64,000 bases of DNA from Squalus acanthias. Its lineage: Eukaryota. The notes under the pieces were generated by a model. That model was not told the origin of the DNA, searched no databases, and saw only the letters and a program-made list of their open reading frames with translations. Both the position numbers and the translations under genes were made by a program. The DNA lies in the NCBI GenBank assembly GCA_030390025.1, contig CM059433.1, forward strand, positions 30,816,001-30,880,000. The letters run 5' to 3'. Shown piece by piece: positions 26,482-39,512 of this stretch. How positions within the stretch are numbered: the first letter of the stretch is position 1; the number at the start of each line of letters is the position of its first letter.

Positions 26482-28205
26482 TCATCTTTCGCTTACGCAT
26501 GCTTCTATGAGGTGCAACCCCAGTGGCTTCAGAAGAGGTAGAGGCAGCCTGCTCACTTCCCTGCTGCGACTGCATAGACATTTTTGGTGGATGTCCTCTG
26601 GGCTTTGGAGCCTGTGATGGCCCCGCCAAAGTCTGCTTCTCCTGCGACTGTGCAGGGACGGCCATCGTGATCCGAGGAGGCATCTGGGGCTCTGACTGAG
26701 GGGGGACAATGGGGGAGAAGTGTGAGCGCTTTGAGAGGAGCCCCCACTTCCATGTGCCCTCTCACCATCATCCCTTTCATGGGCCACCCGCACTTCCCTG
26801 CTAGCAAGGAGCTGGAGGGCACCTGGCTGCACAGCAGTGGGGCCATGAGGACCCAAGTCTATGGTGACACCCCTCCTAGCGAAGAGATCTATGAGCCTCT
26901 GCCATCTGTTCTCCATAGATAGCCATCTATTCTCCATAGAAACCATGTGCTCATGTGAGTGGTGCATTAGCTGCTTCATGCAGGTGGCCATCCTTTCCAT
27001 GGAAGCGTCGACGGTCGCCATTGCCTGCGACATGGTGCTGCTTATGTTGGAGATGGACTCCTCCATTTGCAGATATCGCGATCGTAAAACCTGTCAGAGC
27101 CCCCTGCACTTCTTCCTGTTCCGTCAGGCTCGCCCTCTTTCTCGATGGCACCCGAGGCTCAGCGTCTGCATGCTGCTGAGCAGAGCTGGGAGTGTCCTGC
27201 ATCCTCTGGCGAGGAGTCTCCACTGCATTCCGTGTCTCCACCATCTCCCCTTGCTCACTTGTGACTTGTGAGACACCAGGTGACAACATTACTCTATCTC
27301 ACGTAGGATCCACCAAGGTGTGCGTATCTGTGCTGGTGCTGGGTGCGCTTATGTCTGGTAACGGTGCAGCCTCAGAGGTTGGAGGCTCCTCTGAAGAGTC
27401 GTCTTCCTCTTCCGCCTGGACAGTGGTGGAGGGGGTCTCTTGATGGACCTGTGGGAGAGTAAAGAGATGATTTAGAAATGTCATATCAAGAATGGATAAC
27501 AATACCAATATGCACAAGATGAACATTCACTGGCAGCTGACATCAGTCCCCATATGTGTGACTGCTGTATGCCATGTGGCTGTATGAGATGTAATTCTGT
27601 CACCAGGTTGCTGAGATGTCCCCCTCTCTCCATCTCCCACCACCAGCTGCTCTGCAACTCCTGAGACCTCCAGGGAGACCTCCTCTGCTGGAGTCAGTGT
27701 GGCTGATGATGGAGGGCAACCTCCGGTTCTCTCCCTCTCCTTCTTATTGTGGGCTCTCTTCTCCTGAAAGGAGGGAAAGAAGAGATGTTTGAGTGAGAGT
27801 GATGGCATGAGTGTAAGGAATGTGTGGGTTACATCGTTTGAGGGTGAATATGAGGGAGTGTGGTGACAATGCCTAAGTGCCAATGCAAAGTGGCCTCCTT
27901 GTGTGGTGTTAGTTGGTATGATTGCATTAGGATGAGGGTGAGTGTGAGGGGCGGTTAGTCAGATGGGGATGTGAGCATGTAGATAGAGAGAGTGATGGAT
28001 AGGCGTGAAGGTATGTTGATGTGAGGAATGATGTGCAGGAGCAGGCTTGGGAAGGCAGAATGATGGGGATGTGATGAGAGGCACAGCAGGATGAAGGTGA
28101 GTGTAGCTTTGCACTCACCTTTCCTGATCTGAAGAGATCATTGAAGCGCTTCCAGCACTGCACCTAAGTCCTCATCACCACAGCTCTGCTGTTGACCTCC
28201 TGTAC
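26482..28205 (-). pseudogene. Decayed spliced Myb/SANT-like gene of the Harbinger accessory-protein type
   Basis: Exon A ends EVNSRAVVMRT*VQCWKRFNDLFRSGK|GTGAGT (donor after 28119). Exon B 27763-27604 (TTTCAG|EKRAHNKKERERTGG...QQP|GTGACA). Exon C starts at 27448 (CCCACAG|) with an acidic Ser/Thr-rich region and a helical Met-rich region (MEESISNISSTMSQAMATVDASMERMA). Has an in-frame stop and frameshifts. Confidence 0.7.
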
Positions 28206-28518
28206 TATCTCAGTCCTAAATGGCCGACCCCTTATTCTGAGACTGTGACCCCTGGTTCTAGACTCCCCAGCCAGGGGAACAATCCTCCCTGCATCTACCC
28301 TGTCAAGTCCTGTAAGAATTTTGTATGTTTCAATGAGATCACCTCTCATTCTTCTAAACTCTAGAGAATATAGGCCTAGTCTACTCAAGCTCTCCTCATA
28401 GGACAATTCCCCCATCGCAGGAACCAGTCTGGTGAACCTTCATTGCACTCCCTCTATGGCAAGTATATCCTTCCTTAGGTAAGGAGACCAAAACTGTTCA
28501 CAATACTCCAGGTGTAGT
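28206..28518 (-). mobile_element. Internal CR1 fragment (no tail), very similar to about 25558-25869
   Basis: ATCTCAGTCCTAAATGGCCGACCCCTTATTCTGAGACTGTGACCC...ACAATACTCCAGGTGTAGT is shared with the CR1 at 25305-26243. Confidence 0.88.
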
Positions 28519-29596
28519 TACAGAAAGAGAGACACTGAAAGAAAGAGAAACAATGAGAGACAGAGTGTGTGAGAGAGGGAGTTAGAGAGAGTGTGAGGGA
28601 GAAACAGATAGATTTATAGAGTGAGAGTGAGTGAGAGAGAGACAGAGACTGATAGAGATGGATCGAGAAAAAGAGAGAGGGATTGAGAGATAGAGGTAGT
28701 GTGAGAGAAAGACAGAGAGAGAGAGAGTGAGAGAGGCAAGCAGAGAGAGAAAAACACACAGCCAAGAAGGGAAATCCTATTACTGCACTAGGTTACATTA
28801 AATAATACCTATCTTTTATCCTCAGATTTGTACTCGTGACTGGTAACAGTCATGACCACTGTTTTCATTTTTAACAGTCAATTCAATAGTTATTCATTTG
28901 ACTGCTGACTTTCCCTGGGAGATTTATTCTTCATTGAAGCTTGAAGGGCTGATTGTCTGTGTTTCATTGTGGCTGTAACTGAGACTGATAACAACTGTAG
29001 CATTAAATGGATAAAAACCAGTGCACGGATTCGCTATTAAAGCTGCATCCAACCATTTAATTTTTTTAATCAAGTGTGGGTGCAGTTACTTTTTACACCG
29101 GTAGAAGATGGGTTGCACTCGTCCTGTGGGTGAAGATTATTTATGTTTGTGTCCCAACATCTTTTTTTTCCATAAGTGGTTTCGCTTCTATCCACTTCCT
29201 ACTGGACTGTAGGGCCAAGTAGGGACAGTCCTCAAAAACATAAGCAATCATTGACAAGGGCGAACTCAATCAAACAAGGCCTCTTCCAGCCAGAATGATC
29301 AAACCCGTGCAACAAATAGAGAGACTTCCTCCTCACTCATCTTTAAACTAATATTTGGACGGCAGCATTGCTAAAATTCATAGGAACAACGGCTTTGCTT
29401 TATTTTTACTTGATAACTACCATGAACCGCTCTTGAGACATTTGTCTATCAACTGGATAAATGCACTTGGGTTTCAGATAAAGATTAACTCAAACTCCAA
29501 TGCAGAAATTTTCCTCTTCAATGGTCCATATAAGAAAGAAAGACTTGCATTTATATAGCACCCTTCATGACCACTGGACAGAGTGAGAGAGAGACA

Positions 29597-29599
<3 letters not shown>

Positions 29600-29642
<43 letters not shown>

Positions 29643-29930
29643 CTGCATTTCTATAGTGCCTTTCATGACTTCAGGTTGTCCCAAAGCGCTTTACAGCCAA
29701 TGAAACACTTTTGAAGTGTAGGAAACACAGCAGCCAATCTGTGCACAGCAAGCTCCTGCAAACAGCAATGTGATAATGACCAGATAATCTGTTTTTTTTT
29801 AGTGATGTTGATTGAGGGACAAATATTGGCCAGGACACTAGGGAGAACTCCCCTGCTCTTCTTTGAAATAGTACCATGGGATCTTTTATGTCCACCTGAG
29901 AGGGCTTGGTTTTATCCGAAAGACGGAATA
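29600..29930 (-). mobile_element. Deu SINE fragment with a (GAAA)10 tail microsatellite
   Basis: (GAAA)n at 29600-29640 followed by the reverse-complement SINE tail and Deu domain. Confidence 0.8.
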
Positions 29931-30234
29931 TCGGAAATCTGCACCACCCCCATTCCTCAAGCCCATGAGTTTTCCATCTATTAATTTTAACATAGCAGAA
30001 AATCTCCCTTTAGGTTCTAGAAGGAAGAAATCAACTTTAAAGCACTCATAATAAAGAGCAAGCAAACTTGGGTTTGAATGGCACCTTTCACAACAACAGG
30101 ATGTCCCAAAGCGCTTCACAACCAATAAACTATAACTGAAGTGTGGTTACTTTTGTAATCTAGGGAAACGCAGCAGCTAATTTGTGCACAGCAAGATCCC
30201 ACACACATGGCAATGCGATAACTGACCAGCTGTT

Positions 30235-31212
30235 GACCCAGAATTTTCTGGAGACTCACGCCACTGGAATGACGCATCTGCACCATTTTGTGGCATATGA
30301 GACCCAGGAAATTACAGTGTAAGTGACACGCCCCACTACTTAAGCCACACCATAATTTCCTGGCACTTTTGCACCGTTCCGCCATTTCCAATGTATAAAA
30401 TTGTTGAACAACTAATTTTCGGAGTTCCGCCCCCCCACTTTAAAATCAATGGTGATCGTGAGTTTGCTGAAGTAACCCACTGCAATCGCCACTCCCACTT
30501 AGATCATTAAAGAATGGCGCTGAAGGGCTTTCTAATATTAATATCTGTTGCTATTTTATCTTACATTTTTAATTCCACTTGCTCGCAGTCAAATGATTTC
30601 CACTGCAAACAAATCTGGGCATCCAAGATTCACAAACTACATGAACCAAGGCATCAAGCAGATCGATATTAGCACAAGAAAGGAGATAGAAAAAAAAGAG
30701 AAAGAGGTAGATAGAAAGAGAGACAGAAAAGAGAGAGAGAAATAAAAAGAGAGAGAAGGAAAAAGAGAGAAGGAAGGAAACGAATACCGCTGCCTAAGCA
30801 TCAACCTTTTATATCGTTGCTAGTTACATCTATGAAACCAAAGAGAAACTGTACTTTCAGACTAAATATTCACGATAAAGATACAGCTCACATTTGATCA
30901 GTGTGGTTTTGCCAGCTTAGATAATTCAAAATGTATTCCTGTTTATATCTTTCAGTAATTTGCTGCCAGATATCAATAAATAGACAACTAAATTTGGTTC
31001 AAACTCCCGCCTACGTCAACAAGCAAAATGGATTCTTATCCATGCATTGACTGTGCCTTTTCCTGATCTGCTGCTACGCTCGCTGCGGAGTATTCCAATA
31101 GTTATGTTTCAGCGAATTGTGGCGTAAATTCGCCAGTGGAGGGTGGGGAGCACAGCAGTCTTTAACTAATGTAGTTCGTTGAAAATAGCGGCATTGTAGC
31201 AAATTCTGGGCC
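30235..31212. mobile_element. Harbinger-type non-autonomous element splitting a minus-strand Deu SINE (30080-30230 and 31213-31570)
   Basis: Ends GACCCAGAATTT / AAATTCTGGGCC; SINE sequence GATAA..GACCAG | AATCTGTTTTAGTG resumes across it. TSD not clean. Confidence 0.65.
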
Positions 31213-32229
31213 AATCTGTTTTAGTGGTGTTGGTTGAGGGATAAATATTGGGCACAATTCCAGGAGAACTCCCGTGCTCTTCTTCAAATAGTGCCATGGA
31301 ATCTTTTACGCCCATCTGAGAGGGCTTTCGGTTTAGCATCTCATCCGAAAAACGGCACCTCCGACAGTGCAGCGCTCCTTCAGTACTGGAACTGAAGTGC
31401 CAGCCTAGATTTTGTGCTCAAGTCTCTGGAGTGGAACTTGAACCCACAACATAGGAACAGGAGTAGGCCATTCAGCCCCTCAAACTTGTTCCACCATCCA
31501 ATTAGATCATGGCTGATCGGGCTGACCAACCTTTTGATTCTGAGGCGAGAGTGCTAATACTCAGCCAAGGCTCATTCCCTGCACCCACTTTTTTGAGAAT
31601 GCTCGGATTCCAGGCCAAAAGCTTTTATCTTATTTTTCTGGATGTAGGGCATAAAAATAAGCTCTTTATAAATCCTAGTTAAGATGCAGTAACATAAGTA
31701 CAAGGATGGATAGGCTTGCCTGAGCTTTACTTTTGCAATCAACCATTGAAACTGAGATGCCTGTCACACTAGGATGCCCTTCCCCGAATAGATTTAATTG
31801 GCTGGTACAAATTAGGGACCACAGATCCTGCAGGCCCAATAGGAAATTTCAGGTAGTTGGCAAAGCCGCCAGATCTCTGTCTGCCCCAGCACGCTACACA
31901 TTTTCTCGATTTGTTGACTTACAAGATGTGGTTTCTGCTGGTGTATATTAGCATTCTGAGTTCCACCTACAGTGTTCAAACAAAATTTTGTTCATTCATA
32001 ATATTTCTTGTAATGTTAAATGGAAAATGTTTGTACTCATCATGAACCAGCAGACATGGCTGGTGGCTTTGGGCATTTAAAGTGTTAATTAGCTATGCAA
32101 AGGGAGACTGCCGGCCATGAAACTGTACATTTATGTAAGCTCTTGTAGCTTTGAGACAATGGTAATACAAAGGGGGGTCCGTCGTTAATCAGTTGAAGCA
32201 ACCAGTCATTGACAAACATCCAGGTCGAC

Positions 32230-32680
32230 TTGAACAACCTACCACCAACCCGTCTCAAATCTAGAAGGCCATTTGGACCGTCGCCGAAGGCCTTCAGCGA
32301 TCTCCCCTCAGCCTTGATGACTGATGGCAAAATGCTTGGAAGGACTGTGACATACGGAATGGATTCCTTATAGAGGACTCCACAGTACAACCTGAAGGAT
32401 CAAACCTTTCTCGCAAACAGTGGACAACCATCAACCGCCTCAGAACCGGTCATGGTAAATGCTGCCACCTTCTCCATAGATGGAAGATTAAAGCATCCCC
32501 ATCATGCGACTGTGGAGCTCCTAATCAGACCCTGGAGCACATCATTAACCACGGCCCTCGGAGGAAATTCACAGGCAGCCTACAAGATATCCACGCTGTT
32601 ACACCGGAAACTTTGGCCTGGATATCTGGCTTAGATATTGACATTTGATTTGCTTTGCTACTGCCATACGAAAGAAGAGA
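32230..32680 (+). mobile_element. Ingi/Vingi-type (I group) non-LTR retrotransposon 3' end
   Basis: Reads LPPTRLKSRRPF...LSRKQWTTINRLRTGHGKC...RWKIKASPSCDCGAPNQTLEHIINHGP...LAWISGLDIDI* (TGA 32646-32648), then a very short 3' UTR ending CCATACGAAAGAAGA. Confidence 0.7.
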
Positions 32681-34601
32681 ATATTGACAAACATCAGTAA
32701 GGGTGGTTTTCATTCCATATTGATCGATGGCTGTTCTGGCTTTGCTAAAACAGACATTTGGATGCCAGATATGGAGTATATGAAGTTAGGTCACAGATCA
32801 GCCATGATTTCATTGAATGGCTTGAGGGGCTAAATGGCCTACTCTTGTTCTTATATTCCTGGAGGTTCCCAACTCAAAGAAGAGCCATTTCAATCAGAGT
32901 GGTAACTTTTACTGATGGCTCAGTCGGTCACCGGCACCCACAACCTCTCATTCTGACGGTCTGTTTTTTTTCTCTCTCACACTATTTCTCTCTTTCTCTT
33001 TCTCACTTTCTCTCTCTCCCTCTGTCTCTCCCTTTCTCTCTTGCTCTCTCTGTCTCTGTCTCTCTCTCAGAGACACCACAGTTGTGTGTGAACCTGAGCA
33101 GCCCATAATGCAAAAAATTCAGGGCCAGTTAGCTTGGGAACAGCTAACTTGAACATGGACTTTAACTTAGAGCACCAGTAGAGATGCATCTTTACCTTCA
33201 GCAGGGAATCTTTACTGTTTTTCATGGAGTGAGAAGGGTGGGGAAATGATGGCTCTCACTATGAAAAATGCATTCTATTTATTCGTGGAGACACCTAAGA
33301 GTATGTTAATATTTATGTGGAGTCCTTGGGAGTGTGTCAATATTTGCAAGAGTTGCCACACAGAAGTGTTTAAAAATCAGTGCCTGACATCCGCATTATG
33401 AATTGATTTTATACAGTACACATGGTTGAAACCAAGTCAGTAATTAATGAGTTAGACGTGCAACACCTGGCTGATTCTGCAGTGTAACCATTTGAGCCCC
33501 AATTCCTATTTGCTAGAGCAGCAGAGTGACTGCTACTCATGGTCTTCTCAGATGATTCGGTCTTTCTCCTGCTCCAAACCTCCCTTTCTGCCTGTGACAC
33601 CTTTCCTCAAGCATCTGCCTTTATCTCATATTTGCTCCCTTTTCCTGAGACTGCTTCACCTCCCCACTGTTCCACATTGAACTTTCATTTCACAGAAGTG
33701 GACAGTGGACATGATTGTCACATGCTCTCAGTAACATTAACCTCAAAATGAGGCACCGATCTATTGCTCTTCCACAAGCCCTGAAGATCTGCCATGGGCA
33801 TATCCCAGCCTAGGTGCTGGTATACGTCCATCCGTGACCTCCGCCGTTGACCCTACTGAGGGTTGAGGGGTCAGGGCAGGGACAGTGGATACTGAGCCTT
33901 TGGTAGGTTGGCATCCCCATTTCGCGGGGGCCAGGCAGTCTGATGGAATTCTGCTGGCCTGGGTACAGATATCAGGTGCTTCTCCAGACAAAAATCCTCG
34001 GTGTCCTTAATAGCTCCTATGTCAGAGGAACAAACAACAGATTTCAGCCCATCATTTTCAGGGGTCCAGGCTCTAATCCCACACTGGACCCCCAGCCCCA
34101 TGTAGTTCGCTGGGGAGACCGGCCATTCCTGCACTGACCCTATTGAGGGCTGGAATATGGGAACTCCCAAATTGGGGAGGTTCCGCCCCCCTGGCCTTGC
34201 TGCCCATCCTTGACATTGTCTGCCTTGTAGGGGTGAGCTGCATTTTGGAGCCATTCTGGCGGACTCCTGCGAGGTTACATAGAATAACACAGCACAGAAG
34301 GAGGCCACTGGGCCTATCATGCCGTGCTGACTCTTTGAAAGAGCTATCCAATTAGTGTCACTCCACCCCGCTCTTTCCCCGTAGCTCTATGGGTTATGGT
34401 GGGAGGCTGTGTGAATGGCCGTGAATTTTTAGCCCTAAAAACAAATGTAAAAATGAAAAAAAAATGCAGCAAATATGAGGGATGATTTAGTGATCCTGGC
34501 AAAAATGGAGCCAGGATTGCTACCCTCCTGTAGTCCTTTGATGTTCGCTGAGCTCATCTGATTCAGCTCATTGTAATAATTTGAATGTGCTCCTTGTGCA
34601 T

Positions 34602-35051
34602 CAGCTGTGGCTCAGTGGGTAGCACCCTCGCCTCTGAGCTCATGAAGGTTGTGGGTTCAAGTCCTGCTCCAGGGACTTGAGCACAAAAATCCAGACTGAC
34701 ACTCTGAGGAAGTGCTGCACTGTTGGAGGTGCTGTCTTTCGGATGAGATGTTAAACCGAGGCCCTGTCTGCTCTCTCAGGTGGACGTAAAAGATCCCAAG
34801 GCACTATTTCAAGGAAAAGCAGGGGAGTTATCCCTGGTGTACTGGCTAATATTTATCCCTCAATCAACATAACAAAAACAGATTATCTGGTCATTATCAT
34901 ATTGCTGTTTGTGGGAGCTTGCTGTGCACAAATTGGCTGCCACGTTTCCCCACATTACAACAGTGACTACACTCCAGAAGTACTTCATTGGCTGTAAAGT
35001 GCTTTGAAATGTCCAATGGTTGTGAAAGGTGCTATATAAATGCAAGTCTTT
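34602..35051 (+). mobile_element. Near full-length SacSINE1-type SINE (tRNA head, Deu domain, L2 tail)
   Basis: A box TGGCTCAGTGG, B box GGTTCAAGTCC, Deu domain, tail AAATGCAAGTCTTT; 9-bp TSD CTTGTGCAT (34593-34601, 35052-35060). Confidence 0.9.
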
Positions 35052-36842
35052 CTTGTGCATTATCCATGATGGCAGGAAGTATAATGAATAGAAAAGAATG
35101 GGGAACCAAGGCAGCACTTAAAGGGCTGCTGCTCCATTTTAACGTAGTTGGAATTGAAGACCAGCTATGCAAAGTCACACATGGGCAGAACCGTCACCTT
35201 CAAAGCTCAGAGTTTGGATATTCTGTCAGACGAGGTGCAACAGAGGAAAGGAACAATACTTGGGCCAGATGGCAAACATGCTCTGCACCCTTGATTGTAG
35301 CAAGTATGGCAGCAAATTGGTGATCGATCGAGTGAGTTCTGTCTCCTGAACATGTCATGGGGGGCAGGGGGTGTGATCAATCGAGTTAGTTTTGTCTCCA
35401 TCGGTCATGGAGACAGATGAGGAAGAAACTCACAAGCTTGAGGTAGGGTTCCAAGGACAGAGTTTGACAGCTGAAATGAGGAGCATGTCCATAGCACACA
35501 TGCCACAAGAACTGTGGTTGCAAAATGTGCAGCATCAGCAATGGAGCAATGGCATTTCCTCATAACTTTCACACCTGTATTTCCTTTCCATAATGCTTCG
35601 GCTTGAACTTGGTGACTGGCACCTAAAAATGCTTTTAACGTTGCACATATCTGTTCTGCCACCAAATCAAAATGCCCCTGAAACTACTTGCTATTTGGTC
35701 ATCTAGTCACACAAAGTAAGATGTACGCTGGTCTGAGGTGCAACTCTATCTTATTCCAACGGCGTAGGGTGTATGTTTTAGCTCATTTATAAAGAAGATT
35801 GTACACAATCACAGAGACTGAAGGTGGAGTTGCAAACCTCTAAACTCATGTCTGCCTGGCATTGTGCTGTGTTCTATTGGCATTGCTACTGTGCTCGACC
35901 ATTTGACGCAGCTACCTTGGTAACACATGTTCCCTTTCAATTTGTTCACAATCCCTTATTTTTGGTGGATAAGAGTATAAAAGGATAAGGAGCCAAGTCA
36001 GGTGGATGGAGTTAAGGTACAGATCAGCCACGATCTCACTGAATGGCGGAACAGGCTCGAGGGACTCAATGGCCTCCTCCTGTTTCTACGTTTCAAGAAC
36101 TGCCCCCAAAGATGAGCTGGAAGCTGGAAGCTGGCCGCCTCGTGAGCCTGCGGCATAAAATCCTGTGCCTGCTCAGGCAACAGCTCGGGTCCATCCACCT
36201 TAGGGGAACAGGATAGAGAGGATGGAGAACCTGGAGGCACACAGCACGAGTGAGGAGGAGCAAGTGGAAGAAGTGACTTTAGGAAAGCATGGATAACCTG
36301 ATTAAGAGAGAGCCAGACCCAGAGCTTCCCCTGCTTCAGGACCTAGGAATTCCTACCTTACGGGAGCTGCCAACAGAGGCGAGCTCAGTAATGAGCAGAG
36401 GTATTTCATGCAGTGCATTGAAAATCCCTGCACAGACTGCCAGATATGCTGAAGAAGTGCTTTTCTGACGTCTGACCAGCAAGATAAGATGGATTGGAGC
36501 CATTGGCAATTTTATGAGTATCTGCAAGCAAGGTCCAAAGTGCAGCTGTAGTCTCTCCCACAAAGAATGTGACTATGCTCATTGAGATCTGGGGCTCCAT
36601 TTTACAGCAGCTTTCACTTTAGGCATTGAGAAGCTAGGGGATCAGCTTGAGAGAACCTTCCTGGTATGCTTCACACTCCTAAGTGGTCACCAGGGGTCTG
36701 TTCTCAATCAGATACCTGGTCATCCATAAAAAACATCCAGGGGTCAGACTCCCATCGAAACAATGGAAGAATGGCTCATTAAAATAAAGCTGGGCTCCAG
36801 ATCCTCATTTGGGATTTCCCACTTGGCCTTGTAAGAGACAGA

Positions 36843-37407
36843 GGGCTGAATCTTAAAACCCCAAAAACTGGTGGGTTGGGGTTGGGTGAGATGTTAAAAC
36901 TTTAAAAATCTCAAACCCAAATCCAACCCCAGGTTTAACGGAGGCAAGACAAGGGGCGGGTAGCCAACCTGCTCCCAGGAGGTGGGTTAGCCATTTAAAT
37001 ACTTTAATGGGTTTGGCAGCCTCGGATTTAACCTGCTTTACAGGTTTAACCCTGGCCGTCCAGGTTTCCCAGGCCTCGGGAAACCCGGCAGCTGAAGGAA
37101 GGCGAGGACAGCTTTGGGGAGAAGTTAAGTGCTTCCCCCTGGCCCCGCAAGCTGTCCCCCTCATCTGACCCCCCCTCCCCATACACCCCCCCGGGATCGG
37201 GGATCAGACCCCCCTGGTGTCAGGGATTGGACCCCCTTCCATGCACCCACTCACAGCAGCAGACGACTTACCTGCTCCTGCGGCCTGCTCTGGAGTGCTC
37301 CCCACCCTACTGGAAGCCAAGCCTGTCGATCAGGCTGACTTCCAGGTTTCCAGGCAGAAACTAGGTCTCCCCTGCCTACGCAGCCAACCCCTGTCAAGAT
37401 TCAGCCC
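36843..37407. mobile_element. Harbinger-type MITE (565 bp)
   Basis: Perfect 12-bp TIR GGGCTGAATCTT / AAGATTCAGCCC; 3-bp TSD AGA. Confidence 0.85.
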
Positions 37408-38585
37408 AGAGCTTCTGCTCACCTCTTACAGGGCCAGCCAGCTCAGAAGGGAGGGGAGGAGCGGTGGTGGTACTACCGCCATGCCCCAGCATCTCGGTAC
37501 GGCAAGAGTAAGGACAGATGAGGCAATGCCTGATTCCCTCAACCCAGATGGCTCTTTTCAGGGGAAACAATAAGTGGTTGTTAACAGACTGTAGCAAGTC
37601 AGTCAGCGATAGGAGGCTGAACTCTGGCTGTAGTTGAAGGGCCAGCACATGACCCAGCACACAGAGGTAAAACACCATTCAACCACCATCTCAAAAGATC
37701 CCCTATTGAGGAGCAGCAGGCTGCCACCATAGTTAGTCCTTCGGTCGAGACATCACGTAGAAGGAGCACAAGACTGGGTCAGAGATGCCAGTCACTGTAA
37801 GTTCTTACTAAGGCCAAGCACTTGGGTAAGCCAACAGTAAGAGTACATGCACAGAACAGCAGTCAGGAAATAAACTGATGGCACATTCTCTGAAATATAA
37901 TGTGGAAATGTATTTTCAGAAGGAGCATATTAATGTGACAGATGATGGTTTGATAGGCATGTGTGACAGTAGAGGCTGTGTTGATTACACTGAGCATGGT
38001 GTGACCAAGACCATAGGACTGTTCATGCAGGAACGCGTCTTGTCAAGAAATAATTCACATACCAGCCTCCCTAGCTGCATGTGGCCCTTAACTATTTCCT
38101 CTTCCCCCTTCTCTGTCAAAGATTCAGCCTGGCCCTCCTGGACCACTTTGCTGTACAGAGAGGGTTTCCCCTTTCTGGATAGCAAAGATATGCAACACAT
38201 TGTTGGATAATTTTGGACATCTCTGACCTGTCCGAACATTAGAATCTCCACTACTGCAGGCAATAGTATGTTCTTCCAGAAGTCAGGTGGAGACATGAGC
38301 TTGATTGTATCTGCGTTCTACCTCTGTCTGGAGGTTTCTCAATGCCGTTAATAGCCGGGGATCCAATGGGAAGACCTGTTCCCCTAGCAGCTAGCTGTCC
38401 AGTGTGTCCATCCCTTCAAATAATGGTTGCACGGTGGGCTCAAGCAAACAGAAGGCATTGTGGCAGTTTCCAGGAATTTTCTCGTTAACTTGTATTATTC
38501 CTGTGGTACAACACTGCTTGTACATTAATGCAATGCAAGTCTTTCCTTTCTTATATGCTATAGGACTGTTGCTTGAGGTCCTGAT

Positions 38586-39018
38586 ACATAGAAACATAGA
38601 ATCTAGGAGCAGGAGTAGGCCATTCGGCCCGTCGAGCCTGCTCCACCATTCAATACGATCATGGCTGATCATTCAAATCCAGTACCCTGTCCCTGCTTTA
38701 ATCCCCACAGTACACATATCCCACCCTAGCCCCGTAACCCCACGTATTTAATTCCCCCTAACATATCCCATCCTATCCCCATAACCCCACATATTTAATC
38801 CCCCCCCCCCCTAACACTAAGGGTCAATTTATCATAGCCAAATCAACCTAACCCACACATTTTTGGACTGTGGGAGGAAACCAGAGCACCCGGAGGAAAC
38901 CCACGCAGACACGGGGAGAATGTGCAAACTCCACACAGACAGTCACCCGAGGTCAGATTCGAACCCGGGTCTCTGGCGCTGTGAGGCACCAGTGCTAACC
39001 ACTATGCCACCGTGTTGC
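38586..39018 (-). mobile_element. HE1-type V-SINE with CR1-derived tail
   Basis: tRNA head (TGGCATAGTGG, GGTTCGAATC), V domain GTGTGGAGTTTGCACATTCTCCCCGTGTCTGCGTGGGTTTCCTCCGGGTGCTC and a CR1-like 3' end with (TTCTATGT)n. Includes a short internal duplication near 38715-38810. Confidence 0.85.
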
Positions 39019-39512
39019 ACATGTGAAACCCTGGACTTTTGAAAGCATGCCACCTTTTGATGTTCCTGCTTCCCATGTGGAAAATTCTTCCCTTGGCAAA
39101 CAAGAGTCCCATTCCATCTTTCAACCATCAATGGAGCCAAGACTGACTAATGTGACGAATGTCACCAGTGGTGGCACAACAGGATCAAGCCATGTTAAGA
39201 ATTAATGCTATGCTACCCTTCAGAGCCACTGGCAGGGCTATCCCAGTGATTTATTCCTGTTTGTCTGGAAAGTTAAACTCATTAAACTCTAGTGATGCTT
39301 GGCAGAATCCTCTGTCAGCTATCTTCTCTCCATTTAGTTTAAAACTGGCCCTTTGAGTTTTGGGCAGTTTATTCATTATTTAGCCAGTCAGTCAGGTTTT
39401 TAAAATAGTAAGTAGTTTGTTTGGCGATCGGGCGTGAGGAGATAGAATTACCCCATGACAGCCTCCCTCAAGAAACTCAGATGGTCAAGACAGATCTCTT
39501 CAGAATTACCCA

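Noticed and set aside
29040..29300. EGF-like snippets on the minus strand (DECNPSS, VNDCLC), and similar ones near 2470, 13150 and 41950
   Set aside because: Cysteine spacing is wrong, stops follow quickly and splice sites are not convincing. The two accepted exons already join in frame without them.
34602..34680. tRNA genes at SINE heads (also 38945-39018)
   Set aside because: A and B boxes are present but continue into Deu or V domains and LINE-derived tails. They are SINE heads.
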